Positions 28,321-39,661 are shown, numbered from the stretch's first letter. The stretch is DNA of 64,000 bases from an uncultured Nitrososphaerales archaeon (GCA_963706445.1 OY970160.1:1728001-1792000), one strand, 5' to 3'. Numbers and translations are program-made. Notes: a model not told the origin generated them from the sequence alone.

Positions 28321-30105
28321 CTAGAAGAAGATGGATACCAGAAAGAGGCCTGCTACAGCGGCTGTTGCGAACCTGAAATAGCTCCTTGAGAACTTGGAGC
28401 TCTCTTGGGTTATTGAGGCGAATTCCTCGAGGGCCTTGGCACCGAAGACTCTGACCTTGCTATTCATCTTGGCAGAGCCGTATTCTGCCGGGGCGAGCCT
28501 CGTTTCCGCAAGTCTGGCGAGCTTCACGGTGGCCTCTGCTATGGCCGCGACAGGTGTCGACTCTCCCAGTGTCTTGTACCCGCGTTCTGCCGTCAACCCG
28601 CGGGCAGCGAGGTTGTGGCTGTCCGAAGTGCAGAACTCCACCAGGCTGTAGCCGGCCGAATTCAACGCCTTCTCTACCTCGGCGTGCAGGCTCGGAACGG
28701 AGTTGTTGGCATCTGCGAGGACTAGGACGGACTTCGGGCCCTCCGACTGCAGCATTATCAGCCCGACGCCGTTCTCAGTGATGTCCCCGCTCCCTGAGAA
28801 ACCGATTTCGTTTGAGTGGGAATAGGCGAAGGCGAAGCGATGGGGCTCGGCCTTGCTCATGGTTTCGAAGAGCTTCCTCCACCCGGGGTCGTCGGTCATA
28901 GGAGACTGCAGGCGGGGGTCGATCGAGTTGTGCGCGTCGACAATCGTCAGGTCCAACCCCGCGTCGACCGCAGATCTAGAGAGCTGGTCCTCCACTGTTG
29001 CGTCTATGTCGTCAGACCCGAGCGGAGCGAACGACATTGTCATCATCAGGTCTTCGGAGAAAGCCAGAGCTGAGGCGACCGCGTTCCCGACCTGGGTGCG
29101 CGTCGGCCCGCGCATCAATGCGCCGCCCCCGGTGGGTTCAATGGAGAGCGCCAATTCTTTCACAGCTAGGGCATACTTCGAAGTGTCTGCCTTCGTGGCC
29201 AAATTCCGCTCGTGCCCTCCTGGCCTGTGGAGTGTCATCGCCGGGCCCAGTTCCCTGAACGCCACTGATACCACACCTGGGAGGTCGTAGCTGCCTATGG
29301 GATAGAACGGACCCGGATGGACACCAGGTAAAATCAAGAACGCGTCCCCTACCTTCGTCCTGAAGAGGAGGACCTTCGTGCTGACCTCCATCTCCTCGGA
29401 GTGGCCTGCTATCATCCCCTCCAGCTGGTCGGAGTCCTCGGTGGTCCAGGTCTTCATGAACGCGTGGAAGAGGCTCAATGCGTCGTAGCCAAGACTCGTC
29501 TTCTTTCCTTTGAGGAGCAAGGGGAAGGCGACCAGGATAGCGAGGGCGAGAAATCCGCTCGAAAAGGCGACGACGTCGAGTCGGCCTGCAAGCTCAGGGA
29601 GCCTGACAATCAGTAGGGTGGAGATTGGGTGGATGGCGGCGAGCGACAGAGAGATTGACGCACTGTTCTCGAAGGCACCGTGGATGACAAGGAACTCGAA
29701 CCCGGCGCAGATGAAGGCCCCGAACAGGATTGCGTTGGTGAGGGCGCTGGTGGACCCCGAAGTCCAGGCGTAGACCGCACCTACGGCGGCGAAGACCAGC
29801 CATAGAATCTCTCCTGCAAGGATAGTGGCCTGCACCCGTCGGAACGTCGCGATGGTCTTCCTGTCCTTGATCCTGAGGGCGCTCGAGACGGCGGTCGCAG
29901 ACAGTATCAGGACGACGAATGCCAGCACAAAGGTCGGTAGGCCCGAGGTTCCCCTCGACAGGATGGAAAGGAGGAAAGCTGCGAGCCCCCCATAGACGAC
30001 AAGGGAAAGGGTGGAAGGGAGGACGAAAAGATGCCTGTAGCGGCTTGCGAGGGATTCTGTGGCAGAACGGGTCTTGGGATTCTGCTCAGATGACGTTGAT
30101 GACAA
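28321..30105 (-). CDS. DUF2070 family membrane protein
   Basis: N-terminal TMs, VHPGPF, GHERN, VDAHNS, ADANN, TSDSH; next to Sec61beta. Confidence 0.85.
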   Translation of the reverse strand: MSSTSSEQNPKTRSATESLASRYRHLFVLPSTLSLVVYGGLAAFLLSILSRGTSGLPTFVLAFVVLILSATAVSSALRIKDRKTIATFRRVQATILAGEILWLVFAAVGAVYAWTSGSTSALTNAILFGAFICAGFEFLVIHGAFENSASISLSLAAIHPISTLLIVRLPELAGRLDVVAFSSGFLALAILVAFPLLLKGKKTSLGYDALSLFHAFMKTWTTEDSDQLEGMIAGHSEEMEVSTKVLLFRTKVGDAFLILPGVHPGPFYPIGSYDLPGVVSVAFRELGPAMTLHRPGGHERNLATKADTSKYALAVKELALSIEPTGGGALMRGPTRTQVGNAVASALAFSEDLMMTMSFAPLGSDDIDATVEDQLSRSAVDAGLDLTIVDAHNSIDPRLQSPMTDDPGWRKLFETMSKAEPHRFAFAYSHSNEIGFSGSGDITENGVGLIMLQSEGPKSVLVLADANNSVPSLHAEVEKALNSAGYSLVEFCTSDSHNLAARGLTAERGYKTLGESTPVAAIAEATVKLARLAETRLAPAEYGSAKMNSKVRVFGAKALEEFASITQESSKFSRSYFRFATAAVAGLFLVSIFF

Positions 30106-30241
30106 TTGAGACGATGATCAGGGTGATGGACCCGATGAGGACGATCTCCGGCCTGATCTTCACTCCCTGAGTCTCTTCGTTGAAGAACGTGAGCAGGCCT
30201 GCGCTCGACGCGGGCATAGGCGCGTTGTCTTTCTTGCTCAT
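30086..30241 (-). CDS. secG: Preprotein translocase subunit Sec61beta (SecG)
   Basis: Manually found 51-aa ORF MSKKDNAPMPASSAGLLTFFNEETQGVKIRPEIVLIGSITLIIVSIVINVI. Confidence 0.92.
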   Translation of the reverse strand: MSKKDNAPMPASSAGLLTFFNEETQGVKIRPEIVLIGSITLIIVSIVINVI

Positions 30242-30301
30242 GCTGTTTCACGAGGCCCTTCGACAGTTCTTAAGGATAACGCCGCCACTGGTCGGTGTAG
30301 G

Positions 30302-31711
30302 CTACACGAATCCGTTTTCCGTGAGCTTGGTCAAGACCCTGCTCCAGAACCCACTGCTCAGGGTTAGGAAGGCCGAGATGGCGCAGATCAGCAGCCCTCC
30401 CACGATGGCGACCAGGGGGACGATCGACGCTATCGACACGAGGATTATCACCCCGCCGAGAGGCAGCGCAGTAGCCAACTGTCTAAGGCTGAATTGGGCG
30501 GCCATCATCATGTCGTCCCCCTTTATCTGAATGGGGGCGATGTAGGCAGCCCAGCAGATCTCAAGGACGTATGCGCCGGGTATTACCGCCAGTATCACTC
30601 CAAGAGCCCCCAAAGAGGAACCGTATCCCAGGGCCAGGAGGATCGAGTTGGCGACCGCGAAGGGAGCAAGAATTAGCATGAGCGAGATGACTTTGGATGC
30701 GATAAGGTGCCTGAAGTAGGTGGAGGGAGGGAGAGACGTCAGAGACAACCAGATCCTTTCGTTCGTTATCGCCGATTGGGAAAGGAAGAAACTGACGAAA
30801 GTGAGGAGGACGGCAACGATGATCGCACCAGGAAAAGTGTCCGTTCCGCTCACCGCTTGTGCAGGCGAGCCTTGCAGGAGGGCGTAGGCGAAGTAGGCCG
30901 CCGCGGCCACTGTTGCGGTCACGAATACCCATCGGGTCTTCACGCGTCTGGAGACGTATCGGGAAGTCCCCGCCATGTTCATCCTCCCGGCGAGGGACAT
31001 GTTGCTGAGGTTCATCGAGTAGATGGCGCCGATGGGGCTTCGGCCGACGTAGCTGTTCTGTGATTTAATATCCGACGAGGTCGTCCTCACAAGGCTCCTC
31101 ATCATATCTAGCTCAATCCGCGACAGTCCTCTGAAGGCCAGCGCGGTGGTGACAGCCGCCAGTGCGACTGTTGTAGCGGTCCCGCCCAATGGGTTCCCGT
31201 TGAACGCTGCGCCCGGCGACAGGGGAAATTTCGCAAGGCCGGCGACCGTCCAAAGCGCCAGACCTACTGACAGCGCGGCTCTGAGCTTGGTAGTCATCGA
31301 AGTCGCAATGATTCCGAGTGACGTGAACGTGAGGGCGAGAGCGACGAGATCAGCCACTAGGAGAGGAGAGGCGAGGGTCTGGTCCAGATATCCGAATATG
31401 AACAGTATCGAGATTCCGAATGCGATGAATTGCGAGAAGAAGATGGCTATGGAAAGATCTCTGGTGCTTAGCGGTAGGGCGAAGAGGTAGTCCCGGTCCG
31501 ACTTGAATATCATGATTCCGCCTGTGGCCAGGGCCATGGCAAGAAAGAGCGCAACTATTGCAGTCCCGTAGTAACCCAGGATGAGGTTCGCCTGTTGAGT
31601 GGGGATCAATGATGAAATGGCAGTGTAGTACACGAGCATGACCACGATGAGTATGAGGAGGGGCCTGGAGAAGCGGGTCCGGACGACGAACTTCAGAAGC
31701 TTACCTAGCAT
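30302..31711 (-). CDS. ABC-2 type exporter permease
   Basis: Polytopic membrane protein, [11 protein letters not shown]; coupled to an ABC ATPase. Confidence 0.75.
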   Translation of the reverse strand: MLGKLLKFVVRTRFSRPLLILIVVMLVYYTAISSLIPTQQANLILGYYGTAIVALFLAMALATGGIMIFKSDRDYLFALPLSTRDLSIAIFFSQFIAFGISILFIFGYLDQTLASPLLVADLVALALTFTSLGIIATSMTTKLRAALSVGLALWTVAGLAKFPLSPGAAFNGNPLGGTATTVALAAVTTALAFRGLSRIELDMMRSLVRTTSSDIKSQNSYVGRSPIGAIYSMNLSNMSLAGRMNMAGTSRYVSRRVKTRWVFVTATVAAAAYFAYALLQGSPAQAVSGTDTFPGAIIVAVLLTFVSFFLSQSAITNERIWLSLTSLPPSTYFRHLIASKVISLMLILAPFAVANSILLALGYGSSLGALGVILAVIPGAYVLEICWAAYIAPIQIKGDDMMMAAQFSLRQLATALPLGGVIILVSIASIVPLVAIVGGLLICAISAFLTLSSGFWSRVLTKLTENGFV

Positions 31712-32435
31712 CTGTCATCATCCTCGCCACGACGCTTTCGATGGGCTCCTCCGGTGATCCTTTCTTCCTGAGGTCGTCGATGGTGCCTTCCCATAGAAAC
31801 ATCCCCTTGGATATCATCACCACGCTGTCTGTCAGCCTGTGCGCAATCGCCATGATGTGCGTCGAGACCAGGTGCGTCCCTTCCATTCTATCCAGCATCG
31901 CGATGACCTTTTCCTGTGTTGGGATGTCAAGATAGTTCAGGGGCTCGTCCAATAGCATGACCTTGGGAGAATGGACGATGGCCAGCGCGATGGCCAGCTT
32001 TTGCGTGTTCCCTCTGGAGAGCCGGCCGACGTTCGATTTCTCGTATTGTCTGAGGTCGAGCTCGTCGAGGAGGAAATCTGTCCTCCCCCTCACGTCTTGG
32101 ACCCCTCTCAACGCCGCGATGTACTCGAGGTTCTCCCTCACCGATAGCATCCTATATGGTAGGGCGTCCTCGGGGAGGTACCCCACGACTGTCTTCGATT
32201 CCTTACTCTCGGGCGCAGACCCGAGTATCTTCACTGAGCCTGTGTCGGCCCTCAAAGAACCGATGAGGAGCTTGAGGGTGGTAGACTTGCCGGCCCCATT
32301 GGGCCCCAGGAGTGCGAATCGTCCCCCCACGGGTATCTCGAAGCTCAGATCGTTCAACGCGAGGACAGAACCGTAGGACTTGCTGACATGTTCCAGCTCG
32401 ATCCCGTTTCTTACTCCGTTCATACGAGATTCCAA
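31701..32435 (-). CDS. ABC transporter ATP-binding protein
   Basis: [17 protein letters not shown] signature, LLDEP, STH. Confidence 0.93.
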   Translation of the reverse strand: MESRMNGVRNGIELEHVSKSYGSVLALNDLSFEIPVGGRFALLGPNGAGKSTTLKLLIGSLRADTGSVKILGSAPESKESKTVVGYLPEDALPYRMLSVRENLEYIAALRGVQDVRGRTDFLLDELDLRQYEKSNVGRLSRGNTQKLAIALAIVHSPKVMLLDEPLNYLDIPTQEKVIAMLDRMEGTHLVSTHIMAIAHRLTDSVVMISKGMFLWEGTIDDLRKKGSPEEPIESVVARMMTDAR

Positions 32436-32550
32436 CTGGCTTCGGCTTCTTCCCCCGAATCGATGTCGTATTAAGCAACCTAGCGAACTGGCGAGGTTTC
32501 TGCGCCGGCCGCTCCAAACCTATAATTATCGTAAGGAAGCGCCGCGTCTC

Positions 32551-33840
32551 ATGCCTTCCTACGATTCTGAGTTCAAGTCCGTCCTGAGCAAGGTGCGCTC
32601 CCACGAGAAATGGTTCTCGGAAAGCCTGCCTATGATCGCGAGTGAGAACCTCACATCGGAGCCCGTCAGGAGGGTGCTCTCGTCGGACCTCGGGCACCGC
32701 TACGCCGAGGGGTGGCCTGGAGAGAGGGTCTACGCTGGGTGCAGGTACATCGACCAGATTGAGCTACAGGCGATTGCGCTGGGCAAGAAATTGTTCAGGG
32801 CCGAACACATCGACGTGAGGCCCGTGTCGGGGGTCGTGGCGAACCTCGCGGTCTACGCTGCATGCACAAACCCCGGAGACACCATGATGGCGCTTTCGAT
32901 ACCGAATGGTGGGCACATCTCGCATGGCAAGAAGGACTTCGGTGGCTCGGCTGGCGCCATCCATGGGCTAGAAGTTTCCTACTTCGCCTTCGACAAGGAG
33001 GCGATGAACATCGACGTCGACGAGACGAAGAAGCGTATCGCCGCCCTCCCGTCTCTCAAACTCGCGATGTTCGGGTGCAGCCTGTTCCTGTTCCCGCACC
33101 CCATCAAGGAGCTGGAGCAGACAATCCACGACAAGGGAGGAGTCATCTGTTATGATGCCGCCCATGTCGCCGGGCTCATAGCAGGGGGCCAGTTCCAGGA
33201 CCCGCTGAGGGAGGGAGCGCAGGTCATGACATTTAGCACCCACAAGGTCCTCTTCGGGCCGCAGGGCGGGGCCATCGCGTCCAAGGCGGAGTTGGCCGAG
33301 CCGCTGAAGAAGGCTGTCTTCCCCGGGATGACGAGCAACCATCACCTGAACAATGTGGCTGCGAAGGCGATGGTGTTCGCCGAGTTCCTTCAGTTCGGGC
33401 ACAGGTACGCGAAGGATGTGGTGGTGAACGCTCAGACTCTGGCCGGAAGGCTGGCAGAGCTTGGAGAGAAAGTCCTCGGAGAGAAGGCTGGATACACAAA
33501 GTCCCATCAGGTGGCCCTTGACATCACAAAGTGTTCTGACGGCGGGGTCGTCGAAAAACTTCTCGAAGACCAGAACATTATCTGCAACAGGGAGCCGATT
33601 CCCGGGGACCTGCAGGCCGGCAGGCACTACACCAATCCAGGAGGCATCCGCCTCGGGGTGTCGGAACTCACGCGCCTGGGCATGGGCAGGTCGGAGATGA
33701 AAGAGATAGCGGGAATAGTGCACCTCGCCCTCGGCGGGACGAAGAAGCGCGAGGTGGTTGCACAAATCAAGGAACTGCGTGGGGGTTTCCAGAAGGTCAA
33801 GTACTCCTTCAGGGACTCGCCGGCTTACTCATTCGGCTAG
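32551..33840 (+). CDS. glyA: Serine hydroxymethyltransferase
   Basis: MIASEN, RYAEG, GGHISH, YDAAH, STHKVLFGPQGG. Confidence 0.96.
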   Translation: MPSYDSEFKSVLSKVRSHEKWFSESLPMIASENLTSEPVRRVLSSDLGHRYAEGWPGERVYAGCRYIDQIELQAIALGKKLFRAEHIDVRPVSGVVANLAVYAACTNPGDTMMALSIPNGGHISHGKKDFGGSAGAIHGLEVSYFAFDKEAMNIDVDETKKRIAALPSLKLAMFGCSLFLFPHPIKELEQTIHDKGGVICYDAAHVAGLIAGGQFQDPLREGAQVMTFSTHKVLFGPQGGAIASKAELAEPLKKAVFPGMTSNHHLNNVAAKAMVFAEFLQFGHRYAKDVVVNAQTLAGRLAELGEKVLGEKAGYTKSHQVALDITKCSDGGVVEKLLEDQNIICNREPIPGDLQAGRHYTNPGGIRLGVSELTRLGMGRSEMKEIAGIVHLALGGTKKREVVAQIKELRGGFQKVKYSFRDSPAYSFG

Positions 33841-36800
33841 CGTAGGCTTCAGGAAATCCGTCAACTCCAGCTGGTCCGCTTTCCTCGGTCCCTGGAACAG
33901 CTGGTCAAGCTCCCTCTGTAGCATGTCGAGGCGGCTCTTGAGATATGGGTCGACGTCGTAGTCGCGTGCGAGCTTCTGGGCGATGTAGAGGTACTTCTCC
34001 ACCGAGGCCCTCGTCAGGGTCCCCCTGATCTCGCTCCCGCAGTTGGGGCACTTCCATGAGAGGGGGGGCCTTCTCAGCGTCATCCCACACCCCTTGCACT
34101 TGAACGCCTGGGTCGCGTACTTCTTCGCGTTCCCCATTATGTCCCTGATCAAGTGCGTCTTGATTATCGATTCGACCACACCCCGGGTCGACACCGCCTC
34201 GATCAGCGAAGCGACTTCAATCTGCTTCGAGATCTTCTCGTTCAAAGTCCTCAGGGTCGAGTAGGAGCCTCTGGAGCGTTTGACCGTCAGCGCGCTCGTC
34301 CCGTGGGTGTATCCGTATCCGTAGAACTGGGTGTCCTTCTCGAGTCTTGATCCTATGGTTTCAATCAGGTCCACGACAGAGGAGGCTGGCGGCGCACTCT
34401 GTGTCTTTTCGTAGAACTCGAGCGGATAGGACGTTGCTATGTCGAAGTTGTGTGCCTGCTCGTCCACCTCCGAAGGCAAGATCACAGGCTGGATTAGCAG
34501 CGGCGTGTCCATGTATCCACCGATCTGTGCCGGGACGTACTCCAGCGAGAAGTTGAGGAAGGTGTCCATCAGAAGTAGGATTGAGTCTCCGTCCCCATCG
34601 CAGTCCCGCCTCTTCGCCGAGTGCCAGTATGGGTTTGCGAAGCACACCTGGGTCGCGGAGAATCCGACTATTCGCCCGCCCACGCCGACGGAAGTGTGCG
34701 GCGCCAATCCGATGACCAGCCTCCCCAGCAGGTCGGACGGCTCGTTGGCGTTGTAGAATGGCGGGAGGCCGTAGAGGCTCTTCAGCTCGTCGTCGACGCA
34801 CTGGGCCATCCTGACGAGGTCCTTCCCGATGTCCGCTGGTATAATGACATCCTGCGGCTTCAGCTCGAGTACCTGGTCGTCTCTCTCGAGTGGGACGCCG
34901 TCCTTGTCGTGGGAATACCCGAGGCGGACGAGCGTTCCAGTGTCAGATTTCACGTCCCTGGGCCTGAAGTGGGTCAGAGGCTCGTTGGTGGCGTCGATCC
35001 TCATGGTGCCGTCTTTGTAGACATAGGTGTCGTGCCTGCTTCTGATGATCCCCTTCTCCAGGGCCTCCGGCTGCTTCGACGCGCTGGTGAGTCCCCTGAC
35101 GCCTTTGACAGGTTTGTTAGGGTTGTAGGGGATTTTGGCCCTGATGGCTTCGAGCCTCGACCGAAAGTCGAAATCCATTTTGGAGAAGTTCACAGTCTTC
35201 GTCCTACAGCTAGGGCAGGCATAGTCCTGGGTCGTCGCCCCACACCGTGGGCAGGCCCTGAATGACGTGGTAGGTCCCCCGCAAACCTCGCACTTCGGTG
35301 ATGTGCGTCGCATGTTGCAGTTCGTGCAGTAGAGGTTCACCACCTCCATCTCCACCCTCCCCGCCTTCGCCGCCGCGGAAATGTCCCGCATCGCACCGCC
35401 TTCTTTGCCGACGGGGAAGAGGGTGTGGACCGGAGGCTTCATCCTCCTCACCATTGCTTTCTCCGGTCTTCCGACCCTGATGCCGATGGTCGTGGTGCTC
35501 TGGCGTCCCAGCTGAATCCCGGAAAGCCGCTTGATGTACTCGGGCTCCTCCGATGGGATGACAAGCTCGGGCTCCTTCAGCCTGAGCAGGGCCCCCAGAA
35601 CCAAAGCGCGGTCTCCGCTCACGACTGCCACGTCACCTTCTATCCTGTGCTCAATCAGGCAGGTGTTGAGGATCCAGCGTATCTGAGGGATGTTCGCGTT
35701 GACGATCACGTCGGAGCCTTCGAGGAGCGAGTACTTCCTCAGCTCCGCCAAATCCGACGAGCCGACCCTGTCGAACCGAGGCGTATGGACAGGGTGGAGT
35801 GGGATACCCAGGGTCTGCGAGATCGAAATGGCCTCGGCGGCGCTGGGCACCGTTGTCGCAAAGGATTGCAGTTGGTTCGCTCTTTCCCTCGAGACGCCTG
35901 CTAAGGCGAGCATGTCGAGGGCCCCCGGGACGCTGTTGAGGGCGCGACCAAAGTCCTGTAACCACCACTCGGCGACATAGGGCGAAGGCGGGAGCGCCTT
36001 GTTGTTCTCTAGGAAATCCCCGTAACTGATGAGCACGTCCCCGAGATCTATGATCTTGCCGAGCACCCCGTGCATCTCCTCGGCCTGTGCGACGGTCGAC
36101 ACCTTGACCACGCTCCCATCCTTGGTCAGAATGGTCGGCCCCTCGATTGAGTCGACGAAGGCTATGGTCGCCGCCTTCCCGGGCAGGTCTACCTTTACTT
36201 GGGTCCCGGTGACGACAGGGTAGTCCAGAAGTATGGCCACCGCGGGGTGGATTCCGATGGTCGAGAGTCCTGTGTTCATCGACCTGCCGTACCTGAGCCT
36301 GAAGCCCCCTTTGCTGCGAGGCATGGAGAGGACTGCCCTCCCGGAGATGACCTCCTCGAAGTGAGCACCGGCCTTCTCCGTCTCGTTGGTTGACTGCTGC
36401 GTGCCTCCCTTGAGCTGGTCGAGGAACTCCCACCCCGTGATGTTCAGGCTCGCCAGCTTCTTCGACAGTTTGTTGGCGCGGCCGATGACCCCATCGTTCA
36501 GCACTCTGAGTGCTCCGCCCCTCAGCCTGTCGGTGGAGACGCGCTTCAGGTTCCTGTGGACCACAACCTCGATGGGGTCGGTCTCTATCCCGTCTATCTC
36601 GACGGGTATGTTGGAGATGGCGCGCTTGATGTCGTCGTCAGTGACCTTGTACTGGAAATTCCCGACCTCGCGCTCGTAGATTCTCAGCTCCTCCGCGAAC
36701 CTGGCGATCTCTTCGCCCCGGGCCCTGTAGTTGCCGAGGCCCAGCTTCTTTGCGGTGAGGTCGGCGATGACCAGAGAAAACGCGGCTTCGGTCCCGCCCG

Positions 36801-37293
36801 CGGAGCGCATGGGACCAGCGTAGGCGACCGAGACATAATCCGAGTTGTCGTCGTTCTGTTTGATTTCAACCCTCGAAATTCCCTCGAGGGGGGCCACGGT
36901 GACCCCGTCGGTCATGACCGCCAGTCCGGCCCTGACCCCATAGTTTAGGGCCTCGTGCCTTTCTAGGGATCCGAACCTGCCGAGGGCTATCTCCTGGGAT
37001 ATTGAGAGTGCGGCCCGTTCCTTGGACGTCGTGTGGAGCAGCTCCCTGAGCCTGTCGACGAGGCCCTCGAACTGGTCGAGTCGGAGCATCTTGTTGACCC
37101 TGTCGGCGAGGTCGAAGACGGTCTGGCTCTCGACGGTCTCCTTCGGATCGAAACCCTTCGACCTTGCTTCCGTGGCTAGGGTGTACGCGGCTTCGTATTG
37201 CGATAGTATGTCATGGTAGTAAGGCTCCAACCTTGGAGGGAAAGGGGCGAGAGTCTTGACGCGCTCCCATGCGAGGTCGGCAGAGAAGGACAA
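33829..37293 (-). CDS. polC: DNA polymerase D large subunit DP2
   Basis: YAGPMRSAGGT, GGFRLRYGR, GRPEKA, APHTS, catalytic KRRDCDGDGD. Confidence 0.97.
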   Translation of the reverse strand: MSFSADLAWERVKTLAPFPPRLEPYYHDILSQYEAAYTLATEARSKGFDPKETVESQTVFDLADRVNKMLRLDQFEGLVDRLRELLHTTSKERAALSISQEIALGRFGSLERHEALNYGVRAGLAVMTDGVTVAPLEGISRVEIKQNDDNSDYVSVAYAGPMRSAGGTEAAFSLVIADLTAKKLGLGNYRARGEEIARFAEELRIYEREVGNFQYKVTDDDIKRAISNIPVEIDGIETDPIEVVVHRNLKRVSTDRLRGGALRVLNDGVIGRANKLSKKLASLNITGWEFLDQLKGGTQQSTNETEKAGAHFEEVISGRAVLSMPRSKGGFRLRYGRSMNTGLSTIGIHPAVAILLDYPVVTGTQVKVDLPGKAATIAFVDSIEGPTILTKDGSVVKVSTVAQAEEMHGVLGKIIDLGDVLISYGDFLENNKALPPSPYVAEWWLQDFGRALNSVPGALDMLALAGVSRERANQLQSFATTVPSAAEAISISQTLGIPLHPVHTPRFDRVGSSDLAELRKYSLLEGSDVIVNANIPQIRWILNTCLIEHRIEGDVAVVSGDRALVLGALLRLKEPELVIPSEEPEYIKRLSGIQLGRQSTTTIGIRVGRPEKAMVRRMKPPVHTLFPVGKEGGAMRDISAAAKAGRVEMEVVNLYCTNCNMRRTSPKCEVCGGPTTSFRACPRCGATTQDYACPSCRTKTVNFSKMDFDFRSRLEAIRAKIPYNPNKPVKGVRGLTSASKQPEALEKGIIRSRHDTYVYKDGTMRIDATNEPLTHFRPRDVKSDTGTLVRLGYSHDKDGVPLERDDQVLELKPQDVIIPADIGKDLVRMAQCVDDELKSLYGLPPFYNANEPSDLLGRLVIGLAPHTSVGVGGRIVGFSATQVCFANPYWHSAKRRDCDGDGDSILLLMDTFLNFSLEYVPAQIGGYMDTPLLIQPVILPSEVDEQAHNFDIATSYPLEFYEKTQSAPPASSVVDLIETIGSRLEKDTQFYGYGYTHGTSALTVKRSRGSYSTLRTLNEKISKQIEVASLIEAVSTRGVVESIIKTHLIRDIMGNAKKYATQAFKCKGCGMTLRRPPLSWKCPNCGSEIRGTLTRASVEKYLYIAQKLARDYDVDPYLKSRLDMLQRELDQLFQGPRKADQLELTDFLKPTLAE

Positions 37294-37320
37294 ACCTTCG
37301 CGTTCGGTTGGGAGAGGGAA

Positions 37321-38556
37321 TTAAGCACTACCTATCGTCGGCTCGTCCCGTTTTCGTTTTAGGTTCCTCATGACGAACAGGTAGAAGACGACGGCCAGAG
37401 GAATCCACATCAGGGCTTCATAGTAACCCGCGTAGATTCCGATTGTTTCGATCAAACCTGCGACCAGCAGGATCAGCGCGACCCAGGCCATTGCGAGGAC
37501 GAGTTTGGTCGAGCCGCGGTTGAGCCTTCGGGCGAAGGCATCAGGCGCGACGGTCCGCCACCTGGTTACCGCCAGGATTCCGGCCACGGCGGCGATTGGG
37601 TAGGCCGATTCTTCTATCCATGTATGAGGAAGGAGGTAGAGTGCGATGAGCACAAAGGAGGGCGAGACAGGATATGGCGTTGCGTTCATTGCTATGACTT
37701 GGATCACTCGGCCCGTGTTGTAGCTTGCCAACCCGAAGGCGAAGGTCCCGAAGAATGGGATGGCGCCTCCCCAGGCAACCTGTATGTTGTTCACGAAGAT
37801 GTCCCGAAAATCTCCGATGAATGTCCCTCCTACCACCTGGGATTGCGTGTTGTTCAGAATGGTCGTGTACGTCTGTGCTTCGCCGGGGAAGAAAGGCAGG
37901 GTCGCGGCGAGGATTAGGATAGCTTGACTGGTGGCAAAAAGCAGGAGCGCGAGTGTGGAGAACTTCGTCAGGTACGGCGGAATCCTCGGCGGCCTCCACG
38001 AATACCGGACGCCCCAGGAAGCGATGCTCTGTTCCACGAGCGGCGCGTCCTTCTGGTTGAAAGTCACCGATGCCTTCCGCTTAGGGTTGACGGTCGAGAA
38101 CCATAGGGTCCTTCCGTTCCAGTCTGCCATCCTTATTGAGCGCCAGCCGATTCGCCAGGACCGATGGTTGCTGTCAATGGTGCCGAGTTGGTTTCTTTGG
38201 ATTTTCTGCAGGCCGCGCCATTTCAGTTCGTCATACAGGACGAGGGACGCGGCAATCCAGACGGTGATGTAGACGGCGAGGGCGCCCGCTTGAATCACGT
38301 AGTAAAGAATTGTAATTGGAATCGGCGGCAGAACGAAAGCGAGAAAGAGCCAGATGTCTGACTGAATCTGGGCGCCGGAGAGTCCGTCCTGAGTGAGATA
38401 CACGACCGAGTTGCGGCCAAGACCCATAATCCCAGTGGTCGCCCATGGAGCGGCCGGCTGATTGGTCTGCAGGCGGGGCCTCGTGTCGAACCCGCATGAC
38501 AGGCAAAAGTTGTCGGTCGGAAGGACCTCCTTCCCACAACTGGTGCAGAACGGCAT
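37321..38556 (-). CDS. Zinc-ribbon / SpoIIM-like membrane protein
   Basis: N-terminal FCTSCG...FCLSCG double Zn ribbon; C-terminal IFVNN..., LLPHTWIE, LLVAGLIE typical of SpoIIM (DUF95). Confidence 0.75.
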   Translation of the reverse strand: MPFCTSCGKEVLPTDNFCLSCGFDTRPRLQTNQPAAPWATTGIMGLGRNSVVYLTQDGLSGAQIQSDIWLFLAFVLPPIPITILYYVIQAGALAVYITVWIAASLVLYDELKWRGLQKIQRNQLGTIDSNHRSWRIGWRSIRMADWNGRTLWFSTVNPKRKASVTFNQKDAPLVEQSIASWGVRYSWRPPRIPPYLTKFSTLALLLFATSQAILILAATLPFFPGEAQTYTTILNNTQSQVVGGTFIGDFRDIFVNNIQVAWGGAIPFFGTFAFGLASYNTGRVIQVIAMNATPYPVSPSFVLIALYLLPHTWIEESAYPIAAVAGILAVTRWRTVAPDAFARRLNRGSTKLVLAMAWVALILLVAGLIETIGIYAGYYEALMWIPLAVVFYLFVMRNLKRKRDEPTIGSA

Positions 38557-38622
38557 AGTGGGGTTCTGTTGCGTCGGTTTGTCTTTTATCCGCTTTGGCG
38601 GATTTCTACTATCCGAAGTGGG

Positions 38623-39420
38623 TCAGCTTTTCAGAGAGTTGGTAATCTGCTTGAGGATTTTCTCGAAGCCGGACGTTTGAAGCAGGTTTCCAATCACGAG
38701 TATGTCGGCGCCTGCCTTGGCCGCTTTGCTCGCGATCTCGGGTGCTGTGATGCCACCGCCGACGATTACTAGTCCGTCATAGACTCGCCTCACGGCTCTG
38801 ATTGTTTCTGGAGGAATGGGGTCGCCCGAGCCACTGCCCGCCTCCAGATAGATGGTTCTCATTCCGAGATATTTGGCGGCCAGAGCGTAGATCACTGCTA
38901 AGTTTGGCTTCGACGGCGGGATGCTGTTGACTTGGCCAATGAAACTGGTCGCGCTGCCGTTTCCGAAGACGAGGTAAGCCATCGGGACACTTTCGATCTT
39001 GCTCTTGTAGACCTCGATTGCTCCGAGGGCCTGGGCCCCTATGATGAAATAGGGATTTGTCGAGTTGAGAAGCGAACTGAAGAGGATGGCGTCGGCGAAG
39101 CGTGAGACGCCTGTGATATTCCCAGGGAAAAGAACCACGGGGACTTCTTGTGATTTGCTGTGACCAGATTGTGACCTAATATGATTCTTTACGGCTCTAA
39201 CAACAGCGTCGAGCTTCCTTTGATTAGCCAAGGTGGATCCCCCAACTAGAATCAGCGAGGCCCCCGCCTGAACGGCTTTGGCCGCTGTGTCAGCGGCTTG
39301 CTTTGGAGAGAAGTCTTCCGGGTCGATCAGGGCGGCACAGATGGGGCCCTTCTTGGTCCTTTCATTGAGGTGTTTTTCGACTGGGCCGACTGCTATCAAA
39401 TCATGCCCCGACTTTGGCAT
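38623..39420 (-). CDS. Geranylgeranylglyceryl phosphate synthase
   Basis: ALIDPE, VGGS, LFPG, YLEAGSG, VGGGI, VIGN; the start may be slightly downstream (TTG at about 39399). Confidence 0.93.
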   Translation of the reverse strand: MPKSGHDLIAVGPVEKHLNERTKKGPICAALIDPEDFSPKQAADTAAKAVQAGASLILVGGSTLANQRKLDAVVRAVKNHIRSQSGHSKSQEVPVVLFPGNITGVSRFADAILFSSLLNSTNPYFIIGAQALGAIEVYKSKIESVPMAYLVFGNGSATSFIGQVNSIPPSKPNLAVIYALAAKYLGMRTIYLEAGSGSGDPIPPETIRAVRRVYDGLVIVGGGITAPEIASKAAKAGADILVIGNLLQTSGFEKILKQITNSLKS

Positions 39421-39661
39421 AATCGTCGACGAAGGTGTTGTAGACGTCTATGTCGGCCCGCTTGGTCGCGTACCGCATCTCTCTACCAGCATGGAGTGGA
39501 CAGTTCGGGTTCCCACATGTGACTCGGAAGATGGTGTCTTGTGATGCCTCGTCCTGGTCAGATGTGATACGTATCGAGATCAAGCCACAGCGGGGACATG
39601 CAAAGACCTTTGGCAGCGTCCGGTGGACTACTCGAAGAGTTTTCTTACGTCTCCTACCCAT
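39401..39661 (-). CDS. elf1: Transcription elongation factor Elf1
   Basis: MGRRRKK..., LPKVFACPRCG, IDVYNTFVD. Confidence 0.88.
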   Translation of the reverse strand: MGRRRKKTLRVVHRTLPKVFACPRCGLISIRITSDQDEASQDTIFRVTCGNPNCPLHAGREMRYATKRADIDVYNTFVDDYAKVGA

